Source of the DNA: Laetmonice hystrix
Lineage: Eukaryota
DNA: 64,000 nt
Assembly (NCBI GenBank): GCA_965235115.1
Contig: OZ249436.1
Location: 3,536,001 to 3,600,000, forward strand
Reading direction: 5' to 3'
Shown: positions 12,306 to 25,200 of the stretch, piece after piece
Position numbering within the stretch: the first letter of the stretch is position 1
Layout: each line of letters starts with the position of its first letter
Made by a program: the position numbers and the translations under genes
Notes under the pieces: model-generated
What the model was told of the DNA's origin: nothing
Database searches by the model: none
What the model saw: the letters and a program-made list of their open reading frames with translations, nothing else

Positions 12306-13756
12306 CACAAATAAATAGTCTAGTATATCTGTTGATCCCTGAATCAGCAAAGACCACATAACGGTACATTATTATACCCAAGTGGTACTATCTATCCTGT
12401 GTGGGATGGGCCAGCTATAGACCTTGACATCTGATACCACGTCACTTCAATGGTTAAATATACAGTGGCTTTGAGTCAAGTGAGACTTACACTGAGGAGT
12501 CTGGGGAACAGACCCAGACACAAGTAGCTGTTCACATACCAGTACTCATACCTACGCTAGCACGCAATATCCCTCTGATAAATACTTATTTACAATGATG
12601 GTATTTTGACATACACTCTCTCCTGATAAGGCTAGTTTAGAGAAAGGAATATGTCGGCACTACTGGGATCACTACAGCTGCAGGGTCTGGCTGATATACT
12701 TTCCAACAATAAAAATCATGTAGAAAACACAACGGTGACAGGTTTAATGGTTGGAGGAGGAATATTGTACCAGTAACCTTATCCAGGGCAAAGTACATGT
12801 GAAGGCCTACATAACAGGCAAAATATACCACCGCTCGAAAGGCAATGATGATAATGGATCAGTATTATAACAATAGTGTAGAGATAACTGTATTGACGAT
12901 CAGAAAAAAACCAGTTAATGAAGGTCATGTGGTACACTAAGTCAAACTATATTGATGATGTATTTTTATGTGTTTCTGATTTTAAAAAGGTAAAAATATC
13001 CATAATGTTACCATGATGACTTTTGTGTGGGCTGTGATAGGTGCTGCGTATGACCATAACATTAAAAAAGTCTACCACGGTACGATATATCGATATCAAA
13101 AACTTCCCGGTTATTAAAAAAAATTATCGTCAGTTACGAGTAATGTAATCTGAATTGATAGCAATTGCCCTGTTTAGATATTTTTACCCTACACTAATTT
13201 CACTTACAATGCCAGAAGGTTGGTCTGACTTTGTTAAACATTAAATTATTTCTTTAAACCAACAAAGTGAGACATCCACTAGGACTCTTGACAAGTTGTG
13301 GATGAAATACCACCTGAACTCTTTGATTTCTTTTGTAGGGTCTTGGCTACTTAGAACACAGAAAAAAAATATCCAGGGCCTACTAGAAATTGACAACTGC
13401 TGTAAAATTAACAGAAACTATCTTTACAGCTACGATACTAGGAGCTAAATCCTTTGATTTACCTAAAGTACAAAAATCATGTCGCCATCTGCGCTAGAGC
13501 ATAGCAACCATTCTGGTTATGGTCACTTCCCTGTAACTGGTCATTCATGTACGACCGTTTTTATAACTTCCTTCTTTGGGACAGTAACTTGGGTTACTTA
13601 GGCAGACCATAGGAAACTTTCCGCTCAGGAGATGTAGTTTGGCCTAAATCATGTTTCTGGTACAAAAGCGACTTGGAGGGTTTAACATTTTTATGTTAAA
13701 AAGCAAAATGATAATTCCCCACTAGAAAATTGTGAGCCGTGTTGGCAGTTGTAGAC

Positions 13757-14295
13757 TACATCTTTGCCTGGCCCTTTGATTGATCAGAAAAACTGACCAG
13801 ATTTAGTAGCTTGGTGCTTGATTTATTTGTTATTACATCCTTGCCTGGCCCTTTGATTGATCAGAAAAACTGACCAGATTTAGTAGCTTGGTGCTTGATT
13901 TATTTGTTATTACATCCTTGCCTGGCCCTTTGATTGATCAGAAAAACTGACCAGATTTAGTAGCTTGGTGCTTGATTTATTTGTTATTACATCCTTGCCT
14001 GGCCCTTTGATTGATCAGAAAAACTGACCAGATTTAGTAGCTTGGTGCTTGATTTATTTGTTATTACATCCTTGCCTGGCCCTTTGATTGATCAGAAAAA
14101 CTGACCAGATTTAGTAGCTTGGTGCTTGATTTATTTGTTATTACATCCTTGCCTGGCCCTTTGATTGATCAGAAAAACTGACCAGATTTAGTAGCTTGGT
14201 GCTTGATTTATTTGTTATTACATCCTTGCCTGGCCCTTTGATTGATCAGAAAAACTGACCAGATTTTCTGCTGCTTGATTTATTTGTTATTACAA
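13757..14295. repeat. Tandem array, 77 bp unit, ~7 copies
   Basis: Near-identical units. Confidence 0.96.
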
Positions 14296-15599
14296 TAAGT
14301 TACCCCGTAGTGCATATTTCTGTGTGACTCTTACAGGAATTCATCATAGACATAGACACACCTAGTTAATAACAAGTGACTAAAAATATCATTTAAGGTA
14401 GTACACGGAAAGAAGCTTGCTAAGTGTGTGCCATATGCCAGATCCTGAACCATATTTCTTGGTATAACTTTAATTCCTTACAAACAGTTTCTCCTACAGC
14501 TCCAAGTCCCAGGGCCAGCATCCTGCTATCGACACAAGGATACATGCAACCACAGTATGTGATGAGAAATATGTTGTTTGGTTTCGACGGCATACAGTCA
14601 GACTCTGTGGAACATCAGTTTTTTTAAAGGCTATCCCCAACTTCTCATCATCCATGTAAAAAATAAGCCAAATTGGTGATAGCATAGGACTGTAAGTTGT
14701 GTTCATGACTGTGGAGAGGGGAAACTCCAAATACTGAAAATAGTTACCGTTCTGCCTAAGGTACCTACAGGACAATATAGGATAACTGCAAAAATAGCAA
14801 GAGGTGGGCCCCATAATTAGATCAATGAATGCACCAGTATTTGTCGTCCTTTCAGTTCAAACTATAGACACTTCCATTGCTGGGTCATTGCAAGCATCAA
14901 ATAAAATCCCACTTTACAAGGTTCTCGCATCGTCACCTTTTTTCTTCCTGGTAGGGTCAAACACATAACATACACAACCCCCCCTCTTGGCACCCACAAC
15001 ACCCCCCCCCCCCGTGCAAACGCCCCTGCACTCTTACTGATTATTTTTATTTTCAGTGGTACACATATATTGTAGGAGGAATGGTGGTATCTTATCCCTA
15101 ACCCCTAACCCCAGTCCCTACACCTCCCAGAAACATATCCCTATCCTATCCCTATCCCTATCCCAGACCTTAACCCTAACCCAAACATTTCGTGGAAAGT
15201 TATCATGGGGGAAGAACCTTAACGGGGGGGGGGGGGGGGTGAGGCTCCACGACGGCCCGCCTCGATCTGTCACGTCTGGCCAAACTTGGGCGGGGTCTCG
15301 TCTCACGACTTGAGCTATGGCTAGACATTATACCGACCAACCGACCCGATCCACCCCGATCGGGCGATCGGGCGATCGGGTCGGTATATGTGCAACCGGC
15401 TTTACATGTTAGCGTGTTTTGTGTCGCCCGAGTCGTCACGAGTGTGACTGCATCAGTGCATGTGAAAGGAAGTTTGAAGACATCATCACAATCAACATTC
15501 CTCCCCCCCCCCCCCCATATATAATTTCCTTACGTGTACGCAACACGGACACTCAGAATACTAGAATCTGTCCACGGTCTCTCAGCAGCTTTGTACATG

Positions 15600-16130
15600 T
15601 ACATTTGTATTTAGATCTAGGCCAGACAAAAAGTTTCCCGGCACCCGCGGGACCCCTCGGTCCAGCAACCGGGAGTAGCGGCCACCACCGGCCGCGGCGG
15701 TCTCAAGCCTGCCGCCGGCCTCGCGTCGCCTTCACTACCGTACTCAGCATAGATCTACACTACTACATGATCGAAGGCGACCATTCTGTCCTCGTCACAA
15801 GTCACTACTGTACGGAGAACCTAGCAGAAACATTAATACCTGGAGGAACCAACCTGTTGCTATCGCCGACTTGTTGCATTCAGATCCACACATAAATAAC
15901 TCACGAAACTTTCTTACCCGGAAGTTGTATTTGTTTTACCTGTAAGGTGGCGCTGAAGTGCACGAAAAGTTCATAGATATGACACCAGGTGGCGGAATCA
16001 GATTCCCGCTCAAAACGGCCCGTGGACGAGGAGCTGGCTGTGGGAGGTATTCCACACTTGTGTAATGGGAAGGAGGGAGAAAGGTTCTCAGCAGAGTAGA
16101 GTGGAGGGGGCGGGGGGAGGGGGCACAGGA
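15600..16130 (-). promoter_or_regulatory. Candidate TMC promoter / non-coding first exon
   Basis: CpG-rich, GC box near 16106, minus-strand donor-like sites GTAAGA (15917) and CAG/GTAAAA (15939); the ATG exon has an upstream acceptor, implying a 5'UTR exon somewhere. Confidence 0.25.
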
Positions 16131-16601
16131 AAACAATTAATGATTGTTTGCATTTTTACTATAACAGGCGCGTAGCCAGCATTTTCCATTGCGGGGGGGG
16201 GGGGGGGGGGCGCGCGTTTCATAGGATTTGGGACCTGTCACCTCTAAAAGAAAAGAGCTATTAAAAATAAAACCAAATAGCTGTATAGGCCTATCTAAAT
16301 CTATCTAAATGACATAGGCAGCGGAAGATAAAATTGGTTGATGTGTGTGTAGCCTATAGGGGGGGGGGGGGGTCTGGATGGAAGCGGGCACATAGGTGGG
16401 GCGGAGAAGGGGGGGTTCTAATCCCAGACTCCCCCCCCCCCCCCGAAACCTTACCCGCATGACGTCAGCTATGGTGTGGATTGGAGCTTGAGCACTAGAT
16501 TCTGTTATAGCTACATTTCCCTTCATGTGTAATTCTGAAGGCTTAATTTCCTTTTATATATTGTATACGTTAACTTGGCATTCTTATGTTAGTAGGCCTA
16601 A

Positions 16602-16840
16602 TCCATGTCGGGACAGACTGGGACCCACATCCCAGCTGTCCCTGGTTAATCCGCCTGTAAATACCTGTTAACACTTAAACATGCAAACCTAATACTTAGC
16701 ATGTCGGGACAGACTGGGACCCACATCCCAGCTGTCCCTTGTTAATCCGCCTGTAAATACCTGTTAACACTTAAACATGCAAACCTAATACATGTACTTA
16801 GCATGTCGGCACAGCCTGGGACCCGCATCCCAGCCGTCCC
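16602..16840. repeat. Short tandem duplication, ~96 bp, ~2.4 copies
   Basis: catgtcgggacagactgggacccacatcccagctgtccc repeated. Confidence 0.85.
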
Positions 16841-18077
16841 TTCTTCTTAATATCAATGTAAACATATAACACTGCTCCCTTCTACCTTTGTCTCTGTCTT
16901 ATGCCAGACCTTGTAGGCCCCCTATAGGCCTATATAGGGAGAAAGACTTATGTCTTCATTTCAGTCTCAGCGAGTCTCAGTCCGAGATTCAATTCAATTA
17001 AGAGGCAGACTCATGCAGTCGCTCTTAGTTATAGCTGCCAATAAACCTCCGTCAACATTTTTTAACAACCCTGGAGTGGAACTTGGTTTCTCAACCCTTA
17101 GTTAGAGCCATCACGACAGAGCACATGTAGCTCCCCGGAATTATAGTATTATTTTATTACTTATATTATGGTTGTAAGAAAGCGCCCAGCCATGATATAG
17201 ATCAAAGGCAAGTGCCCCCCCCCCCGTGCCCCCTAGCTGCATGGATCCGCCTCTGCAATGGCAATAAACGGATCCAGGGGGTGCAGACCGCAATCTGTAA
17301 TGGCAATAAACAGATCCAGGGGGTGCAGACCGTAATTTTAACGTTCTTAGCGGCGTCCAGGCGAGAAGACCGTGGCACGAGGGTTATGAGAGGGTCGATG
17401 GCTTTGTCAGTTGTCGGTAAAATTTTACCTCATTTGTCAGCAGCCTATATCAGTCAAATTTCTGCTCTTTCATGCCCCGCTCACGGTTCCCGCCGACAGG
17501 CGGCGCGGCAGTCAAAAGCGGAAGGTCACAATCACATTAGTTCCTATTCTGGACCCTAGGTGGTGATGTTTCGTTCGCAGCTCCACGCGTTGGTGGATGG
17601 ATCTCGCCATGACTGAACTTGTATTCAAATGGCATGTTGATCTCCCCATTTGAAGTGTCCAAAGGCAAAGGCGTAGGCGTAGGCGTAGGCGTAGGAACGG
17701 GGGGGGGGCACAAGGGCGCATCCTTTTGGCCTCCCTGGGACGGTCAGACAGTAGAGCGGGGCTCTTCATTTCGGTCAGAATTGGATCTCCAGATGACGGG
17801 GAAATATTAGCCTATACCTTCCACCACACATCCCCCCCTATCTCCGCTACGGCAACTAACAAAAGCTTCCTAAGCGCCTGAAAGGGATAGATGCCTCGAA
17901 CAGGTGATAGGACCTTTTTTAGCTTTTTTTTAGATCATAATAAAACATAATCTTATAGGCTATACCTCAAGGCCCGTTGGCCGATTCATAGACCCCCATG
18001 GATGCACCTATAGCCTACCTCTATTATTCCGTTATTTGCCTGCCCCCTTCTTTAATCGCACACTGAGTTGATAGTAT

Positions 18078-18868
18078 AGCTGCCGCTACACTAGGCGATT
18101 CGATTGCGATCACGTTGCGATCACGTTGAGATTCCCTTTCCCACGGTTGCATCGCATAGTGTAGCAGGCTCCATCGCCCATCGCAAGGTCGTCGCAAACT
18201 CGTACGTTGCAGCTTCGTCGCAAAGAATGAACATGTTCATTCTTTGCGACGACGGTTGCAGCTGAATCGCACCGTTTTCCTGCTTGTTACAAGTGTATAG
18301 CCATCGCCGTCGCTCGTCGCAATGACGTGTCCACTGGATCATCCAACCAGAAGTCGCTATACTTCTGGTGTGATTATCCGTACGAATATCAAAATGGCGG
18401 AGTTAAATGACCATCTTTGGACTGTGGAGAAGGAGGATCAATTGACCCAGATGTGGTCCGATAGGCCCTGCCTCTTTGATGTTGGATGTGCAGACTACTC
18501 CAACACAGGGGGCAGAAGGAAAAGGCATGGCAGGGCTTCAACTGCCAGGGTTGTTGTGTTATTACCTCTATTCATTTTGACAGGTGCTGATGACATAGTC
18601 CTAGTCTAGGTCCGGACATATATAGGCCTACATTAATAAGGCTCCGTCATAATATATAGGCCTAGGCCTACGTCGAAATTGCGACTGGGAAATTCGCGTT
18701 TCGCGCCATCTTGGTTGAAATGAGACGGCAAATCGGGTGTACGGTCCCCTATAGCTGTTCGAGTGTATAGCGATGCGACGAGCGAGAGACGAGCGACCGG
18801 CATCCCCCCGGTTGCGATGGGTCGTCGCAAGCAAATCGCTTGTGGCATCGGCTAGTGTAGCACCAGCT
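18078..18868 (+). mobile_element. Non-autonomous PIF/Harbinger-like element with MADF/Myb-like ORF remnant
   Basis: TIRs agctgccgctacactag / ctagtgtagcaccagct; ATG 18394 gives MAELNDHLWTVEKEDQLTQMWSDRPCLFDVGCADYSN, resembling the MADF N-terminus of Harbinger accessory proteins. Confidence 0.7.
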
Positions 18869-19493
18869 ACGGATAGCGGTCTACGGATCGGATGGCGAAG
18901 ATGAGGTCCCTGATAAGGCACATGCCCAATGACCCTATTTCCGAGACCTTCCGCGTGGGGTTTGACCTTGTTTCACGTGTGGAGGTCACGGCTCCAGCCC
19001 GCAGCATGCAGGGCAAGGCCCAGATCTGCAGGTGGCTTGTCTCTGCTGCTGTTCGTCCGACCAATTCTTCAAGTTGGCCCGGTATCGGCTAACGATCAAC
19101 ATGGGTGCAGGCCTATTGTTTGGGAGGAAGTGTATGTATTGGCCTGAGGTGCCGAAACCCTGGATCACGAAGCAGATGAGGGAGCCAAAATGTTCCAGAG
19201 CGTAAGCCGTAAGGTATATAACCTAGGCTAGCCTACCGTAGGAAAGATTTGGAGAAAAAAAATAAATTGATCCGCCCTCCTGATAATAAAGTGTTAGGCC
19301 TGTATCTATTTCATTTTTATCTGGGGCTGGGAGAAAGGATAGCCTAAATAACTTCGTCTTTCTTGGCATCAGTCAATTTTGAGATGATTCCAGAAGCTTT
19401 CTTCCTTACTGAGGAGGTTCACACGACACTAGTCTTGTCACGTGATTTCACGTCATACAAAGATATAAAGATAGGAATCCAAGATAGGTCATA

Positions 19494-21186
19494 TATCGGG
19501 TGGGCCAAAACATTTTGGAACACTCTTTTATTGACTGTAATTTCTATAATTTTTACCTAATGTCATAATATTTGGAACATGATATCATCTGGTTATTTGC
19601 ATGGGGTCTGTGGTAATAATTTCAGATAAAATGGGTCAAGACGTCTACAAATAGGACCATTTCTAAACATTTGTGTCAAAAATTGCAATGCCGGACCAGG
19701 GTCATTAGCGTGAAGCCGCCCGTCTTTTAAGCGGGAAACTGCCCTGAAAAACTGTCTCGTTGAATGGCCCAGTTTTCTTGGTGTGTGTCCCAATTTAGGC
19801 AGGGTTGTTGTCATTATGTGTGAATGACGTACGTCAAATGTATGAATTGCCCCCTGCCGAAAACTGGTGGCCAGTCCCGACTTAAACCCCATAGGCACCA
19901 TTTGGAATTCCCTGTCTGAAAAAGTCTATAAAGGTCGCAAACAAAAATTCGCCGAGAACGAACCGAAGAAGAAAATTCGGGAAAGGTGGGAGAGAATTAC
20001 TTTAGAAGAAGTCAGGAAGTCAGCTGGGATATTCAAAAAGAGACTAAGGGCTGTGTGTGAACAGTGAACAGAATGGGGGTCACATCGATCACCTTTTCCT
20101 TTTTAAAGCGAGGGTCTCGTCCTTCAGCATTGTGCGATAGGCGGTCCACCCTAACGGTCGATGTGCTATTTATAGATGTCAGTTCCTATGCTACAGCATA
20201 GCATGGACGTAGTTATCAAATAGGTCACTAGGTGGTCGCGAGCATGGTCTAACGGACGAGACTGGGTAAGGTCAAATCTAAGAGTCAAATGGGTGTTAAC
20301 GCTAGGTATTAAGAAAGTGTTCTATAAATCGAAAATTTGACCTCGTCCTGGGTGTTTACTTAACACTAAGTTAACACTGTCTCAACAACGTGTTAACACC
20401 TAAAACACACCTTGTAAACACCTAGATAACTCAGGTGTCCCCTTAATCTCAGTAAGGTCCCAGGTGTCTTTGGAATACCATAGAAAACCTATACCTAAAG
20501 TGTTAACCGCCTGTGGGTTAACACCAGAGACAGGTCAAAACTCAGAGTCAAGCTTATTCCTTATTCCACTGGTAGGAGTGGGGACCCAGGTGTGACTGAT
20601 GTGTCAGGTAAGTGTTACCTGAGTTTCATCAAAGTGTTAATTGGGTGTTGTCAAAATGTTAACTGGAGCCTGGTGTTAAAGGTTCAGGTTAACACTTTTT
20701 CTTGAGATAACACCTGGGTAATCCAGGCGTATAGTTAACTCTCATATTTGACCTCACCCACTGTCGCTTTAACTGAAATAGGTGGGCCGGTGACACTTAC
20801 ATAGCCGTCCGGCATTGTATTTTTCGACATGTGATGTTTGATTTGTTTCCACGTAAAGAGTTTTTGGCCTATCTGTCTAAAATTTTCACCACAAAATGCC
20901 CTAAAAATCAGTGACAAACTATGAAAATTGTAGAAGCTATAGTCAAGTAAAGAGTGCTCCAGACACAGCGGGACCAACTCTGCTGAGGACGCCTGGTCCG
21001 GCATTGCAATTTTTGACATGCAGTTTTTAAAATGATCCTATTTTTTTTAGACATTTTGACCTATTTATCTGACATGCCCCAATTAACCAGATGATATCAT
21101 GTTCCAAATATTATGACATTGGGGTAAAAAGTCTAGAAGTTGCAGTCAAGAAAAGAGTGTTCTAAATTTTTTAGGCCCACCCGATA
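19494..21186 (+). mobile_element. Defective Tc1/mariner-superfamily transposon with transposase C-terminal remnant
   Basis: Imperfect TIRs of ~100 bp starting TATCGGGTGGGCC; 19867-20095 encodes SPDLNPI..IW...KKRLRAV, then NGGHIDHL after a disruption, typical of the DDE/D C-terminus. Confidence 0.8.
20263..20760. mobile_element. Nested foldback/MITE rich in GTTAAC motifs
   Basis: TIRs tgggtaaggtcaaatctaagagtcaa / ttaactctcatatttgacctcaccca. Confidence 0.6.
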
Positions 21187-21929
21187 TGCATTAACGGATC
21201 TTATGGGCCGCTGGATAGAGCCTACACGTGCAGGTCATCATCACATACCTCCACCTCCACCCCACCCCACCTAGCCCTTGCGCAGTCCTGTATGTATATA
21301 GGCACCCTCAATGATGTAAATACGTCGTTGTGTAATCTAATACAGTGTAGCATAAAGTGTCTCCTGTGTATGTGACAAGTGAATATATCACTGGAAAAGT
21401 AGAAGCCTGCTCACAAGTGTGTCTGGGGAGGGGGGGGGGGTGTTTATCGCACCCCAGTCCACCAAAACATCATCGCCATGTCGGGATATGGAGACCCTCT
21501 CTTGGAATAGGAGCCACCTGCTTGCGACAGTTTCCACTGGCCAAGTTCACTGTGACTGCATCAAAAGTCGACCAGTGTCGTCCGACAGTCTCCACTGGCC
21601 AAGTTCACTGTGACTGCATCAAAAGTCGACCACCGTCGTCGCAGCAATGGGACATGATAAATCTCACATCAAGGACAACTGGTTATTATAACTGACCACA
21701 TTGTTCTCCTGACGTTGGACGTAATCCACAAGGCGCGTACATAGATCGTCGGCTCTCTGTCTTGATCTACCTGTCGGCCTAATCCCAGTCCGACTCACCG
21801 AGAAATGAGCGCAGATAGAGAGGCGGGATGTTGAGTTGATGGTACGACTACAGTCCCAACGATCTACCGTCAGGTTCTTGATCTACATTTAGAGATATTT
21901 GGGCGTGTATCGCTGGGAGTTGTATAACC

Positions 21930-22229
21930 ATGTCTGTGATTAAGCACGGCGGGATCTTCATTAGTTGTATCCTTCTACATCTGGTGGTGTTACCTGTGGT
22001 GAACAGTAAGCCGGCCAGGCATGGCAGCCCACCAATAGATCCAGCCTCTTTAGTCCGGTTCAGCCCTGAACACCGACCAACCTGTGTCTATAATAACGAC
22101 ACATACCCAGCTGGACACAAGTTCCGACCAACTCTCTGTACCTACTGTCGCTGTCCAAGGCGTGGAGGACGGCCGATCTGTGCAATCCAAGACTGTTATG
22201 CCGAGCCCAGCTGTGTCAAATATCATAAG
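21930..22229 (+). CDS. VWC-domain gene coding exon 1
   Basis: MSVIKHGG...signal peptide...CTYCRC...CVKYHK; donor AAG/GTGAGG. Confidence 0.9.
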
Positions 22230-25200
22230 GTGAGGAACCCAGCTGTGTCAAGTATCATAAGGTGAGGAACCCAGCTGTGTCAAGTATCATAAGGTGAGGA
22301 ACCCAGCTGTGTCAAGTATCATAGGTGAGCAACCCAGCTGTGTCAAGTATTATAAGGTGAGGAACCCAGCTGTGTCAAGTATCATAAGGTGAGGAACCCA
22401 GCTGTGTCAAGTATCATAAGGTGAGGAACCTAGCTGTGTCAAGTATCATAAGGTGAGGAACCCAGCTGTGTCAAGTATCATAAGGTGAGGAACCCAGCTG
22501 TGTCAAGTATCGTAAGGCGAGGAACAAGGCTGTGTCAAGTATCATAAGGTGAGGAACAACGCTGTGTCAAGTATCATAAGGTGAGGAACAACGCTGTGTC
22601 AAGTATCATAAGGTAAGGAACCCAGCTGTGTCAAATATCATAAGGTAGGGGACAAGGCTGTGTCAAGTATCATAAGGTGAGGAACAAGTATCATAAGGTG
22701 AGGAACCCAGCTGTGTCAAGTATCATAAGGTGAGGAACCCAGCTGTGTCAAGTATCATAAGGTGAGGAACCCAGCTGTGTCAAGTATCATAAGGTGAGGA
22801 ACCCAGCTGTGTCAAGTATCATAAGGTGAGGAACCCAGCTGTGTCAAGTATCATAAGGTGAGGAACCCAGCTGTGTCAAGTATCATAAGGTGAGGAACCC
22901 AGCTGTGTCAAGTATCATAAGGTGAGGAACCCAGCTGTGTCAAGTATCATAAGGTGAGGAACAAGGCTGTGTCAAGTATCATAAGGTGAGGAACAAGGCT
23001 GTGTCAAGTATCATAAGGTGAGGAACAAGGCTGCGCTGAACACTGCAAGGGCGAATCAGAACGAATCTAGAAACGTATATTGGCCGCAGGTATTGGAGCA
23101 CGACGGCATGCCGATTTGTTAGTTTGCAAGATGATATCGGTCAGTAAAGCTTCTCCAAGTCCAAATGTTTTAAAGCTGCAGGCTCTTTGACTGGTTAAAC
23201 TTTAGGATGAAATTGCATTGATTTTGGCAATAGGCCTTTGGGCACTGCGCGTAGGAATCTCAGTATTTAGCTCTACCAGGTGGCCTCACTTAAACGCTCA
23301 AAGCAGCGCACCCTTTCATATGAAAGTCGTGCAAGTATGAGTTATGAGAGTAGTTTTGAATACAAATTAGTGTTAGAAAGGCGCCGTTCGTCAAAACCTT
23401 CACTGTAAAAAAATTCTCTGTAATTTTACAGTTAATTTAACTGGCAGCTCAGCTGCCAGTTATATTAACAGTAATTTTACAGATCTGTTAAACGACAGAT
23501 AAATTGTAATGCATTTATACAGAATCCAGTTTTTAAACGCCACGTTTGTAAAATAACAAACGCAAATTATTCATTATAACTGAAATACAGTAATGTAATT
23601 ATACCGAATCCAGTTTATAAACGCTACGTTTGTAAAATTACAAAATTACTATAAAGAATATTTACTGTATTTTTACGGTAAATACTGTTAAAAAAATCGT
23701 CGATGATAAACGAGAAACAAAAATCTGGCTTTTTAGTTTAAATACATGTAGGCCTACGTGTGGCCTGATTGATAATTTCATTCAAGGTCCATTCAAGGGA
23801 AACTCAAATGTCTGCAACCTAAGAGGCTACTCCGCATTATAATATAGTCTGCTTTTACAAAGGAGTTAATATTATGTTCTCTAGCGTCCAAAGATGGTGT
23901 TTTATGAGAAATATTAACAAATCCCACTTCATAATTAGGCCCCTGTTTGACATTCCACTCTACTTACCATCACAAAGAGTGTATTCATATTATTGTTAAT
24001 TTATGACCACGGTTGCATTAACCGACTATCACAGGTATAGGACACTTCGGGGTATAGACAATAAAAGGGGCAGGTGATAGTCATCACGTGACCACTGTGC
24101 TGGTTATCCAGTAACGTCTTACGTCCTGTAAATTTACAGTTCGTTTATTGTACAGATCGAATACAGCAACAGTAGCTGTCAAACTACAGTAACATTGGCA
24201 GTAATTTCCAATAACAGGAGCATGCGCTGTTCCTTTTACAGTTTTATATCTTGCAAATTTCCATTTTCTTAACAGTGCACACGGGTATTTTATGTATTTA
24301 AGTTAAACAAAGGGCCAATTTTTTATGTGTTTACGTTGCAATTAGGCAATTTTTTCCATTATTTTGTATATTTAGTGACATTCTACATTATTTTACAAAC
24401 TTTTTCTGTAAAAACTGGGAAGTAGGCCTAATGCCAGTTTTTTTGTAAATTCCTATCATCAGAAATGTATAATAAAATAATTCTTTTTATAAATTTACCA
24501 TAATAAAATGTGTAAATAGAGGGCTTACATTACACAGCTATTATTATGTGTTATTTTAACAAAGTTCCTCTGTGAAAATTTGGTAATAACAGTATTCTGT
24601 AATTTTTATTAACCATTTTCTCAGTTTTTTTCACGGTTTTAAGTAATATTACGGAATTTACTACATTTTACCATTGTGTCATAAAGAAATATGGAAAAAA
24701 CGTAAATTTAACACAAACACTTGTAATTTTATAGTAACTATATTGGTAAATGATTTTTACTGTAAAAAGTACTGTATTACTTAACAGATAATTCTACTGT
24801 AAAAGAAGTTTACACCAAATTCAATAGTAAATTTTGTCTGTTATTTTACGAATATTTTTTACAGTGTTGGATCAAATGCAAGCCTGTAGCCAGGACTTCT
24901 AAAGGGATGGGTCGTTTGGGCGGAAAAGTGGACCTTTTTGAAATAGTGGACTATTATGACTTTCGAAAGGGTGTGTCGTTTGAGGGGCAAAGTGGACCTT
25001 TTTGAAAGAGTGGACTAGCCTATTTTTTTATATATAAAAACCGGACCTCTGCCCGTTTCGGGGATGGGTGTCGTCCGACTCCGCGACCCCCCTCGCTATA
25101 CGGAGGTAAAATGAGTAACAATCTACGGAAGCCCATCGGTGCCACCGGTTATAGACTGGGACGAGACTTTCGTTGTCATCACAGCTAGGGTACAATGATT

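Noticed and set aside
15096..15183. CCCTAA-like runs (also 33288-33300 and 34586-34645) as telomeric sequence
   Set aside because: Short, degenerate and interstitial; more likely low-complexity parts of dispersed repeats
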